Source: Minisyncoccia bacterium (GTDB taxonomy: Bacteria; Patescibacteriota; Minisyncoccia; Phycocordibacterales; UBA9973). From it: a stretch of 41,977 nucleotides of DNA. Position 1 is the stretch's first letter. Every line of letters starts with the position of its first letter. The stretch covers positions 1 through 41,977 of the forward strand of contig JBDHUR010000005.1 in NCBI GenBank assembly GCA_039809265.1, in the 5' to 3' direction. Positions 28,634 to 37,051 of this stretch are shown here, one piece after another. Below the pieces are notes generated by a model. That model saw nothing but the letters and a program-made list of their open reading frames with translations. It did not search any database and was not told the origin of the DNA. A program made the translations under genes and the position numbers.

Positions 28634-29395
28634 ATGCAAGAAATCCTTGTTTTGTATAAAGAAATAGGCGAAACACCGCTTGCTTGCATGGAGCGCTTTC
28701 GGGCAGAAAATGGCGAGTATTACAATGTCCCCATGACATATGCCGGCCGGCTGGACCCAATGGCAGAGGGGTTACTTTTGGTATTAGCCGGACGATCCGT
28801 ATATGACAAAGAAAAATATCTTCATCTGCAAAAGGTGTATGAATGCGAGATATTGCTTGGTGTGGAGACTGACACATACGACATGCTCGGCCTGCCAAGT
28901 GTTGGGGCAGATGTAAAGCTGGAAGAGAAATTTGTGAAAGAGAAACTTGCTGCGTTTGTGGGGAAATATATGCAAAAGTATCCACCGTATTCTTCTAAAA
29001 CTTTAGGTGGAATACAACTACACACGCTTGCAAAGTCTGGGATGGTGACGGAGAAAGACTTACCGATGCACGAAGTAGAGATAAGTCAGATTGATTTTGG
29101 CAAGATTGAAAAAATTTCTAAAAAAGAATTACAAGAGAAGATCTTTACAAAAATTGCAAAAGTGGAAGGTGATTTTAGGCAGACAGAAATACTTAAGGAA
29201 TGGGAAAATTTTTTTGTAAATGCAGGGTCGGCATTTCAAGTCGTATCTTGCACTATTTTTTGCTCTGGCGGAACGTATATACGTGTCTTGGCACGCGAGC
29301 TTGGCGCGGCGCTCGGCACGAGCGCCGCGCTGCTCTCCCTTAAACGCATTCGGGTCGGCGAGTATTCTCTCGCCGACCGTTATGCTAAACTTTAG
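28634..29395 (+). CDS. truB: tRNA pseudouridine synthase B-like (no PUA domain)
   Basis: K..G.T, YAGRLDPMAEGLL (catalytic Asp), G.ETDTYD..G, P.YSS, GTYIR.LA, L.R..VG. Confidence 0.85.
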   Translation: MQEILVLYKEIGETPLACMERFRAENGEYYNVPMTYAGRLDPMAEGLLLVLAGRSVYDKEKYLHLQKVYECEILLGVETDTYDMLGLPSVGADVKLEEKFVKEKLAAFVGKYMQKYPPYSSKTLGGIQLHTLAKSGMVTEKDLPMHEVEISQIDFGKIEKISKKELQEKIFTKIAKVEGDFRQTEILKEWENFFVNAGSAFQVVSCTIFCSGGTYIRVLARELGAALGTSAALLSLKRIRVGEYSLADRYAKL

Positions 29396-29397
29396 TC

Positions 29398-29838
29398 ATG
29401 TCTTTCACTGAGAACAGAAAAGCATATTTCAACTACGAGATCAAAGATCGATTTGAAGCCGGGATCGAGCTTCTTGGGCTTGAAGTAAAGTCTGTACGAG
29501 CAGGCAGGATTTCCTTGGACGCAAGTTATGTCATACTTTCTGCGGGGGAAGCGTATATAATAGGTGCGACCATACAGCCTTACCAAGCAAAAAATACACC
29601 TAAAGAGTATGATCCAGATCGTACTCGCAAATTGCTTCTTTCTAAAAAGGAACTTTCAGAACTCCAAAAAATTTCTGAAACGAAAGGGTTGACAATAGTG
29701 CCACTTTCGGTGTATAGTAAGGGTCGTCGTATCAAGCTTGAGATCGGTATCGGCAAGGGTAAAAAGCTTCATGATAAGCGCGAGAGTATAAAAAAGCGCG
29801 ACACAGACAGAGAGATACGAAGGGAAATGAAGTCTTAG
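29398..29838 (+). CDS. smpB: SsrA-binding protein
   Basis: NRKA..NY, EAGIEL.G.EVKSVR, RKLLL, KGKKLHDKR. Confidence 0.98.
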   Translation: MSFTENRKAYFNYEIKDRFEAGIELLGLEVKSVRAGRISLDASYVILSAGEAYIIGATIQPYQAKNTPKEYDPDRTRKLLLSKKELSELQKISETKGLTIVPLSVYSKGRRIKLEIGIGKGKKLHDKRESIKKRDTDREIRREMKS

Positions 29839-29857
29839 CACTTTGAAAATAAAATTT

Positions 29858-30245
29858 GGGGATGAATTAGCTTCGACAGGATGACCTTCATCTTCATGCA
29901 TGCAAAGCTCTGGTAACTTTTTAAACTGCCAGAACACGTAAATGCAAACGCATTTCGTTCAGTAAAATCTCCTTACGCTTTTGCGTCTGGAGCTTTTGCT
30001 CCCGCATTCGCCTAACGCGACGCGGGTGTCCAAGCTACCGATTCCTAATACGTAGTGCGGGCACAATATTTTTAGGATAGGGCGAGCAGAGTTCTTCGCT
30101 GTCAGCCTGAAACAATATGAAGATCGGCATATGCGCGTTTTGCTTGTTTAAAAACGCAGATGCTTAAAATGTTAAACAAGATAAGCATGTAGACTTGAAT
30201 GTGAAATCTTTCTGCACGCGAGTGCAATTCTCGCCATCTCCACTA
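29858..30245 (+). ncRNA. ssrA: tmRNA
   Basis: 5' GGGGATG...TTCGAC; 3' GCGAG-TGCAATT-CTCGC-CATCTCC-A; G3.U pair; tag ORF 29944-30015; directly after smpB; CCA not encoded (ACTA). Confidence 0.95.
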
Positions 30246-30284
30246 CTACCACGTTCTCACGTTTTCCTGTATAATGCATGGACG

Positions 30285-32207
30285 ATGAAGATAAAATTTG
30301 AGAAGAAAAATGAGAAAAAGGGGAAGTCTGGCAAGCCGAAAATCGGTAGCCAGATGGTTGTTGCGTTGCTTATTTTTATGCTTTTGACGGCAGCGTATAC
30401 ATTCCTTTCTGGATCCCAGAAGGACACGACAGAAATATCTATTTCTGAACTTGCGGCAGATGTGTCTGCCGGCACTGTGAAGTCTATAGTTGTGGAAGGA
30501 GATAAGCTTTCCATAAAATACGATGACGGGAAAGAGAAGGTTTCCAAGAAAGAAGCCGAAGCTTCTCTTTCAGAAACTTTAGCAAACTATGGAGTGACTC
30601 CAGAACAGTTTGCAAAGGCAGGGATTTCTATAAAAGATGACAAGGGTCTAGGGTACTGGATCCTAAATGTCCTGCCTGTGGCACTTCCAGTTTTCATACT
30701 CGTATTTTTCATTTGGATGCTGACAAGGCAGATGAAGGGCGCGGGCATGCAAGCTTTTACCTTCGGTCAATCCAAAGCCAAGATCACAGACCCGAGCGAC
30801 GTGAACAACAAAGTAACTTTCAAAGATATTGCCGGCAACAAAGAAGCAAAAGAAGAGTTGGTAGAGATAGTGGATTTCTTGCGCAATCCAAAAAAGTTCC
30901 TAGAGATCGGCGCGCGTATACCGAAAGGAGTTTTGCTCACTGGCTCTCCTGGTACGGGCAAGACTTTGCTTGCCAGAGCTGTGGCGGGGGAAGCAGGTGT
31001 GCCGTTTTTCCATTTGTCTGGCTCTGAATTTGTAGAAATGTTTGTTGGTGTTGGTGCTTCTCGTGTGCGAGACCTATTTGAAATGGCGAAGCGCGCTGCA
31101 CCTGCAATAATCTTTGTAGACGAGATAGATGCTGTTGGGCGTGTGCGAGGCGGAGGATATGGTGGCGGCAATGACGAACGTGAGCAGACCTTGAACCAGA
31201 TACTTGTAGAGATGGATGGCTTTGAGCCGAATGAAAAAGTTATAGTAATGGCAGCTACGAACAGGAGCGATGTACTTGATCCAGCACTTCTTCGCCCAGG
31301 ACGTTTTGATCGCCGAGTAGTGCTGGACCTACCTGACAGGAGAGACAGAGAAGAGATACTTAACATACATGCACGCAAGAAGCCTTTGGCGGAAGATATA
31401 AATATGAAAGTTATCGCCGAGCGTACCAGTGGTTTCTCTGGAGCTGACATATATTCCTTGATGAACGAAGGTGCGATACTTGCTGCTAGAGAGAATAGAA
31501 AAAAGATAGCACAGTTTGATCTGATACGCTCGATAGAAAAAGTCATGATGGGGCCGGAGCGTAAAAGCCACCTTATGACAAAAAAAGAAAAAGAAGTAAC
31601 CGCATATCATGAAGCTGGGCACGCGATAGTGGCTTCTGTCTTGCCTGATGCAGACCCTGTGCACAAAGTGTCCATAGTAGCGCGCGGCCGCGCGGGCGGG
31701 TATACTCTCAAACTTCCGCTGGAAGAGCGCAAGCTGCAGACGAAAAAGGAATTCCTAGACGACATAGCTATGGCGCTGGGCGGATATGTAGCAGAAAAGA
31801 TGGTGTTTGGCGACATTACTACCGGTCCATCAAACGACTTGCAGGTAGCTACAAATCTTGCGACAGCCATGGTGACACGCTGGGGCATGAGCGACGAGAT
31901 AGGTCCAGTTGCACTAGAGTCAGATGGCGGCAAGACTATGTTTGGGCAAGGTGTGTCCGGCAGAGAACATTCCGAGGCCGTATCTGCAAAGATTGGACAA
32001 GAAGTAAAGAAAATAATGGATAACTCTCGTGCCCGCGCAGAAGAAGTGTTGAGAGAGCACAAGAAAGCCCTCGATGCTGTAGCGCATAAACTTCTTGAAG
32101 TAGAAACGCTAGAGCAAGATGAATATGAAAAAGTAATAATTGCTTACGGTATATTGCCTAAAAAATTACCAGATAACAAAGAGCCTTCTTTGGAATTAGT
32201 AGGTTAG
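30285..32207 (+). CDS. ftsH: ATP-dependent zinc metalloprotease FtsH
   Basis: Two TM helices, [26 protein letters not shown]; start moved to ATG 30285 because the longer ORF overlaps tmRNA. Confidence 0.98.
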   Translation: MKIKFEKKNEKKGKSGKPKIGSQMVVALLIFMLLTAAYTFLSGSQKDTTEISISELAADVSAGTVKSIVVEGDKLSIKYDDGKEKVSKKEAEASLSETLANYGVTPEQFAKAGISIKDDKGLGYWILNVLPVALPVFILVFFIWMLTRQMKGAGMQAFTFGQSKAKITDPSDVNNKVTFKDIAGNKEAKEELVEIVDFLRNPKKFLEIGARIPKGVLLTGSPGTGKTLLARAVAGEAGVPFFHLSGSEFVEMFVGVGASRVRDLFEMAKRAAPAIIFVDEIDAVGRVRGGGYGGGNDEREQTLNQILVEMDGFEPNEKVIVMAATNRSDVLDPALLRPGRFDRRVVLDLPDRRDREEILNIHARKKPLAEDINMKVIAERTSGFSGADIYSLMNEGAILAARENRKKIAQFDLIRSIEKVMMGPERKSHLMTKKEKEVTAYHEAGHAIVASVLPDADPVHKVSIVARGRAGGYTLKLPLEERKLQTKKEFLDDIAMALGGYVAEKMVFGDITTGPSNDLQVATNLATAMVTRWGMSDEIGPVALESDGGKTMFGQGVSGREHSEAVSAKIGQEVKKIMDNSRARAEEVLREHKKALDAVAHKLLEVETLEQDEYEKVIIAYGILPKKLPDNKEPSLELVG

Positions 32208-32219
32208 AGATCTATATCA

Positions 32220-32329
32220 AAACACCAAAAATTCTTTTGAAAAGCACGAGAATATTTGTCTGCTGGCAAATATTCTCGTGCTCGGCTCGTCAGCCTGCGC
32301 AAGCCTTTTTAAAAGTATTTTTGGTGTTT
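32220..32329. repeat. Nested palindromic element (25-bp outer IR, 16-bp inner IR) between convergent genes
   Basis: AAACACCAAAAATTCTTTTGAAAAG vs CTTTTTAAAAGTATTTTTGGTGTTT (2 mismatches); inner AGCACGAGAATATTTG/CAAATATTCTCGTGCT perfect. Confidence 0.75.
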
Positions 32330-32801
32330 ACTTGATTTTAGTTTTTGCCGCAGAGTGTAAGTAGTTTTGTGTGTGGGCGAGCAAGGCATCGTGGAAAGCA
32401 ATGTTTTCTTTTGCGTTCGCTGCCAGTGATTCGTATCTCAAAGCTTCTGCTGCTCCTTCTACAAGAGCCCAGTGTACTTTGGCTGCCCCAAGGAAAAATC
32501 CAGACCATTCTGCTATCTCCACTGGGTTGTCCCAAGCATCCTTCATGTACATGTCTCGCATGGCCTGCAATTTCTGAAATGTTGCTTCTTGTTTTGGTAT
32601 GGTTATACCTTCTACGTTTTCCCTCTTTGCAAAGTCGTCTACATAGGAAAGGGTTTTTTCGTGCATATCAAGTATCTCTCTAGTTTTGCTTTCACCCCAA
32701 AGCTCGCTGGAAGCCTTCATTCCTTTATCTAGAGTGTCCTTGCCCAAGGCGGCAAATGCACCTACTTCGCCCAGCTTTTTTGCTACAAATTCGTTGATCA
32801 T
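32328..32801 (-). CDS. Hypothetical all-helical protein (possibly ferritin-like fold)
   Basis: Start set to ATG 32801 (MINEFVAKKL), 7 nt downstream of tRNA-Ile; fold is a guess. Confidence 0.7.
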   Translation of the reverse strand: MINEFVAKKLGEVGAFAALGKDTLDKGMKASSELWGESKTREILDMHEKTLSYVDDFAKRENVEGITIPKQEATFQKLQAMRDMYMKDAWDNPVEIAEWSGFFLGAAKVHWALVEGAAEALRYESLAANAKENIAFHDALLAHTQNYLHSAAKTKIK

Positions 32802-32808
32802 ATAAGTG

Positions 32809-32882
32809 TCCACCCTCTTGGATTCGAACCAAGGACCCCAGAGGTATAAGCTCTGTGCTCTAACCAACTGAGCTAAGGGTGG
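32809..32882 (-). tRNA. tRNA-Ile (anticodon UAU)
   Basis: CCACCCT/AGGGTGG acceptor, TAGCTCAGTTGGTTAGAGC D-arm, CAGAG-CTTATAC-CTCTG anticodon arm, GGTTCGAATCC T-arm, discriminator A, no encoded CCA. Confidence 0.93.
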
Positions 32883-32891
32883 TATACTGCC

Positions 32892-32920
32892 ATTCTATCT
32901 TATTTGCTGTTTTTTTTCAA
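32892..32920 (-). promoter_or_regulatory. Promoter for tRNA-Ile
   Basis: Minus strand TTGAAA-17bp-TAGAAT. Confidence 0.7.
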
Positions 32921-32924
32921 TTTT

Positions 32925-35129
32925 TTACTCAAAATGTAAATCTTGCTTTTGGGTGGATAGGATTTGGAAAAGCATAGGGTAACTATGCAGAGATTTGTCT
33001 TCTTGGATCAATCTTGTGGCTTCTGCGCGGGCAGCTTCTACCATTTTTATGTTTTTTATCGCTTCCATGCCTAGGTCGGAAAGGCCCCATTGCTTTGTGC
33101 CGGCAAGCTCACCCGCGCCGCGAAGCGCCAAGTCAAGCTCGGAAAGTTCAAAACCGTTCTTGGCTGTTTTTAGGGCTTTTAGTCTATCCAGGGTTTTTTG
33201 AGTTTTTGTTTCAGCAAAAACATAGCAGTAGGCTTGGTGTGTACTCCTGATCACGCGCCCGCGCAACTGGTGCAGCTGGGAAAGCCCGAAGCGTTCTGCG
33301 CCTTCTATTATTATCATAGTGGCATTTGGCACGTTCACCCCGACTTCTACTACAGATGTTGCTACAAGTACATCTATCTTTTTCTGATAGAAGTCTTTCA
33401 TTACCTCTTCTTTTTTCTGTTTAGACATTTTAGAGTGCAATATGCCAATGTTGTATTCTGGGAAAATTTCTTTCTTTAAACGCCTTGCTTCAGAAGTTAC
33501 AGACTTAAGGTTTAGGGCAAGCTCTTTGTCTGGATCAGCGTCATTTATACGAGCACAGATCACATACAATTGCCGGCCTTGCTCCATCTCTTGTCGTACT
33601 TTCTCATAAACAATTTTTCTTTTATCTGGAGTTACTATTTCGGTTATTATCTGCTTGCGACCTTCTGGCATTTCGTCAAGTAGAGTCAGATCTAGGTCGC
33701 CGTATATTGTCAGCGCCAATGTGCGTGGTATCGGGGTGGCTGTCATAGAAAGCAGGTGGGGGAGTATTTGCCAGCTGGTAGATTCTTTTTTGGCAAGTTT
33801 ACCTCGTTGCAGAGTGCCAAAGCGGTGCTGCTCGTCTATAACTACCATAGCAAGGTGTTTGAAGGCAACAGATTTCTGGATCAGTGTGTGCGTGCCTATC
33901 AATATAGGGATTTCTCCATTTGCAACCCATTTCAAAAGCTGTGATCGAGAAATGTCTGTCCATCCGCCGTGGAGCGAGCTGGATGCAACTTTGGAAGGGA
34001 ATTTGCGGCAGCCCGAGCCGGTGATGAGTCCAATGTTTATACCTGTGTGCTTGAAGTATTTTATGAAAGATTCAAAGTGTTGTGTTGCAAGTATTTCCGT
34101 CGGAGCCATGTAGGCTATCTGCAAGTTGCCAAATGTTTGCTTTTTATCTTTCTCGTCTTTTTTGGGCGGTCGATTTTTTATGATAGCGTATGCTGCTGCA
34201 GCAGCTACTGCAGTTTTGCCGGAGCCCACATCGCCTTCTATCAGCCTGGACATCGGCCGCCCTTTCAAAAAGTCTGCCAGTATGTGCTGCACAGCTCTTT
34301 CTTGGCCATTGGTTGGGGTAAATGGAAAGCGAGACATAAAATCCGCAATATCTTTTTGATCCACATCCACAGTATAGCTCTCTAGGGCAGCTGCTTCGGC
34401 GCGGGTTTTCTGTTTTTGCAACTGTATAAAGAAAACTTCTTCAAAGGCAAAACGCTTGCGCGCAGCCAGACTGTCTTTTTCTTTTTTAGGATAGTGTATC
34501 CAAACAAGCGCGGTAGAGAGTTTCGGCAGGTTATATTTTTTCAAAATATCTTCCGGCAAATAGTCTTCCAATGTTTCGAGCAGACCACTTTTGAAAACTT
34601 TTTGCATAGCATGGAAAATCCATTTGGAAGTTATGCCTCGTGTTTCCTTGTACACAGGATAGCGTATATCCTCGTCTTCTTTACTACCTGCAAAAAGTGT
34701 CTCGTGGCTGTCTATCGGCATTGTCGGTGTATGTTCTACTTCCGGATTTGCGAGGTATAAACCTTGTTTGCCTTCGGTTACTTTGCCGGAAAGTCGAACA
34801 GACTCGCCATTTAGCACCATCTTTGCCATGTATGCTTGGTTGAACCAGATAACTTTTATTTTTCCAGATAAATCTTCTATCGTTGCTTCGCCCATAGGTA
34901 TCTTGCTTCTAAAACCCTTTTTTGTTTTTGCGTCAGAAATTGCCCCAAAGATGGTTGCATTTTCTCCTGCCAAAAGGTCGCGGATAAGCTTCACTTCGCT
35001 GATGTTGCTATACCTGACAGGGAAATAAAACAAAAGGTCGCGCACTGTCAGTATCTTTAGCCGCTTCAGTGCTTTCTCCTGGTTTGCATCTATGCGCATA
35101 ACTGTCTTTATCTCGGAGGAAAGTAGCAT
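32925..35129 (-). CDS. recG: ATP-dependent DNA helicase RecG
   Basis: GDVGSGKT, MAPTEILA.QH, DEQHRFG, MTATPIPRTL, QLHQLRGRV; N-terminal wedge domain. Confidence 0.98.
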   Translation of the reverse strand: MLLSSEIKTVMRIDANQEKALKRLKILTVRDLLFYFPVRYSNISEVKLIRDLLAGENATIFGAISDAKTKKGFRSKIPMGEATIEDLSGKIKVIWFNQAYMAKMVLNGESVRLSGKVTEGKQGLYLANPEVEHTPTMPIDSHETLFAGSKEDEDIRYPVYKETRGITSKWIFHAMQKVFKSGLLETLEDYLPEDILKKYNLPKLSTALVWIHYPKKEKDSLAARKRFAFEEVFFIQLQKQKTRAEAAALESYTVDVDQKDIADFMSRFPFTPTNGQERAVQHILADFLKGRPMSRLIEGDVGSGKTAVAAAAAYAIIKNRPPKKDEKDKKQTFGNLQIAYMAPTEILATQHFESFIKYFKHTGINIGLITGSGCRKFPSKVASSSLHGGWTDISRSQLLKWVANGEIPILIGTHTLIQKSVAFKHLAMVVIDEQHRFGTLQRGKLAKKESTSWQILPHLLSMTATPIPRTLALTIYGDLDLTLLDEMPEGRKQIITEIVTPDKRKIVYEKVRQEMEQGRQLYVICARINDADPDKELALNLKSVTSEARRLKKEIFPEYNIGILHSKMSKQKKEEVMKDFYQKKIDVLVATSVVEVGVNVPNATMIIIEGAERFGLSQLHQLRGRVIRSTHQAYCYVFAETKTQKTLDRLKALKTAKNGFELSELDLALRGAGELAGTKQWGLSDLGMEAIKNIKMVEAARAEATRLIQEDKSLHSYPMLFQILSTQKQDLHFE

Positions 35130-35140
35130 AGAATTTTGTT

Positions 35141-35686
35141 TTATTGGACGATGATGGTGCCAGTGTTGGCAATGTTGCGGTCGTTTTGGTAGTTGTATCC
35201 TCCTATTTCGGTGAAAGTAAAGCTATACATGCCGCCATTTAGTACCGCTCTCCTTTGGTTGAAAGATGGGTATCCAGAGTGTGAAGGGTAAGGAGCAGAG
35301 GCGACCCACATTGGCTGCTCGGTGTCGTTTATAAATGTTACAGTTGTACCTTGTTTTATGGTCAATGTATTTGGGGAAAATCCGCCATTGGTGTAGTGGA
35401 TAGTTTCAGATGCTGCTGCGGGCACTCCTACTGCTTGGGCTTTTGTTGCCGGCTTCGGTGCTGGTGTTTGTTCTGGCGTTGCCGCAACACTATCTCCAAA
35501 AGTCGGCAACGGTCCGGCAGAAACGGGTGTAGGCTCTAGTGTACTTTCTGGTGTTGTGTTTAGTTCAGGCGCGGGTGTTGGTATGTATTCCTCAGTATAT
35601 TCTTTATGCGTAAATATAATGTATGTTCCAGCCAAGATGACTAGTATAAGTATGGCCAGTATAGTGTTGTAAGTTGTCTTGGACAT
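35141..35686 (-). CDS. Membrane-anchored cupredoxin-fold protein with P/T/A-rich linker
   Basis: N-terminal TM; F.P.TLTIK.G.TVTF.N; YSFTF...G.Y.Y; TG.I.V. Confidence 0.75.
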   Translation of the reverse strand: MSKTTYNTILAILILVILAGTYIIFTHKEYTEEYIPTPAPELNTTPESTLEPTPVSAGPLPTFGDSVAATPEQTPAPKPATKAQAVGVPAAASETIHYTNGGFSPNTLTIKQGTTVTFINDTEQPMWVASAPYPSHSGYPSFNQRRAVLNGGMYSFTFTEIGGYNYQNDRNIANTGTIIVQ

Positions 35687-35687
35687 T

Positions 35688-36056
35688 CTATTTTACAAAT
35701 GTTGCTATTTTGGCGGAAACTTCGTCTAAAGTAAAGTTGGATTTTATCATGAACTCGTTTGCGCCAAGCTCTTTTGCTTTCTCTATGTCTTTCTCTTCAG
35801 CCAAGTTGGAGAAAACTATCACCGGTGTTTTGCTAAATTTCAAATTCTCCCGTATCTTTTTTAGGAATCCATAGCCGTCTGTTCCTGGGAGCACAAGGTC
35901 AAGTAGAACACAGTCCGGGCTCTCTTTCTCAAGTACTTCAGATGCAGTTTTCACATCTGGAGCGTGGGTTACGCTATACCCGTCTTTGGAAAGCTTTGTC
36001 ACCACAAGCCCGCCTAGGAAGTTGTCATCTTCTACCACAAGTATTTTTTTTGCCAT
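35688..36056 (-). CDS. Single-domain response regulator (receiver only)
   Basis: ILVVEDD, LLDLVLP..DG, PVIVFS, GA.EF.IK. Confidence 0.95.
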   Translation of the reverse strand: MAKKILVVEDDNFLGGLVVTKLSKDGYSVTHAPDVKTASEVLEKESPDCVLLDLVLPGTDGYGFLKKIRENLKFSKTPVIVFSNLAEEKDIEKAKELGANEFMIKSNFTLDEVSAKIATFVK

Positions 36057-36096
36057 AAGTATATGATACTACCCACATTTGCAGGTGTAAAGTGAA

Positions 36097-36843
36097 CTAT
36101 TTTGCTGCCATAGGCAGTGTGATGTAGAATGTTGTGCCGTTTTTTTCTGTGGATTCAAATCTTATTGTTCCCCCATGGTGTTCTACGATCCTCTTTGCGG
36201 TGAAAAGTCCAAAGCCAGAACCAACAGAATATTTTTCTTTTGCATTTCTGGCGCGGAAGAACTTTTCAAATATATGCGGCTGGTCTGCGGCTGTTATACC
36301 CATGCCTGTATCTTTTACCGATATTTCTATCTCTCTACCTTTTTCGTGTACAGATATGAAAACTTTCCCGCCATCTTCGCTGTACTTTATCGCATTTTCT
36401 ACCAAGCCCTGTATTACTACGCGTATTTTGGATACGTCTGCTGTTATCTTGGGCATAGGATGCTCGGGTTTTAGGAAAAGCAGTTCTATGCCGCGCTTAT
36501 AAGCTTCGCCGATGAAGTCAAAAAGGACTGTGTCTATAATGTCTTCTATAGAGGCCTGTTCTGTTTCGTAAGTCAGGTTTACTTCGTCTGAATGGTTTAT
36601 TGCAAGCATTTCATTTACAAGCCCTATCATGCGTTCGTTGGAGTCAAAAGCTTTTTTCATCAGGCTTTCTTGCTCGGCATTTATTTCCCCCACATCTTTA
36701 TCTAGGAACATTTTTAGTATCCACTTTAGCGCAGATAAAGATGTTCGCAGTTCGTGTGCGGAAATGGAAATAACGTCTGTTTTGAAAGCATTTTGTTTCC
36801 TTAGCTTGGCATTTTCTTGCTCTAGTGTCATGTCATTATCCAT
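36097..36843 (-). CDS. Histidine kinase, HisKA + HATPase only (no sensor domain)
   Basis: AHELRT H-box, NAIKYS, VKDTGMGI, IFEKFFR, GSGFGL. Confidence 0.95.
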   Translation of the reverse strand: MDNDMTLEQENAKLRKQNAFKTDVISISAHELRTSLSALKWILKMFLDKDVGEINAEQESLMKKAFDSNERMIGLVNEMLAINHSDEVNLTYETEQASIEDIIDTVLFDFIGEAYKRGIELLFLKPEHPMPKITADVSKIRVVIQGLVENAIKYSEDGGKVFISVHEKGREIEISVKDTGMGITAADQPHIFEKFFRARNAKEKYSVGSGFGLFTAKRIVEHHGGTIRFESTEKNGTTFYITLPMAAK

Positions 36844-36956
36844 GCAGTGATTATACCTTGTTATTATGATTTACGCCAAGATTTCCACTATGGACAAGTT
36901 TTTAAAAAGAGTATAATGTAGTCGGTCGCTATTATGAGATTTTCTTTTTACTAAAT

Positions 36957-36992
36957 ATGAGAAAAACACTCGGAGGCCACGGTGGGCACTAA
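36957..36992 (+). CDS. Candidate leader/micro-peptide MRKTLGGHGGH
   Basis: ATG in A/U-rich context downstream of TATAAT (36912-36917); immediately followed by two hairpins. Confidence 0.4.
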   Translation: MRKTLGGHGGH

Positions 36993-37039
36993 GAGCTTCG
37001 GCTCTTCAAAGGGGCTGCATTAGCAGCCCCTTTGCTTTT
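36991..37039 (+). terminator. Tandem hairpins (cUUCGg hairpin + terminator) upstream of the ATP-grasp gene
   Basis: AAGAGC-TTCG-GCTCTT then CAAAGGGGCTGC-ATTA-GCAGCCCCTTTG-CTTTT. Confidence 0.75.
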
Positions 37040-37051
37040 GTACTTAAAGCT

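Noticed and set aside
30195-30284. N-terminal extension of FtsH in the ORF track
   Set aside because: Overlaps the tmRNA 3' end; ATG 30285 with an upstream TATAAT is more plausible.
31681-31694. 14-bp palindrome CGCGCGGCCGCGCG in ftsH
   Set aside because: Loopless and readily explained by ARGRA codons.
32802-32867. Upstream extension of ORF 32328-32867
   Set aside because: It is the tRNA-Ile sequence read as codons.
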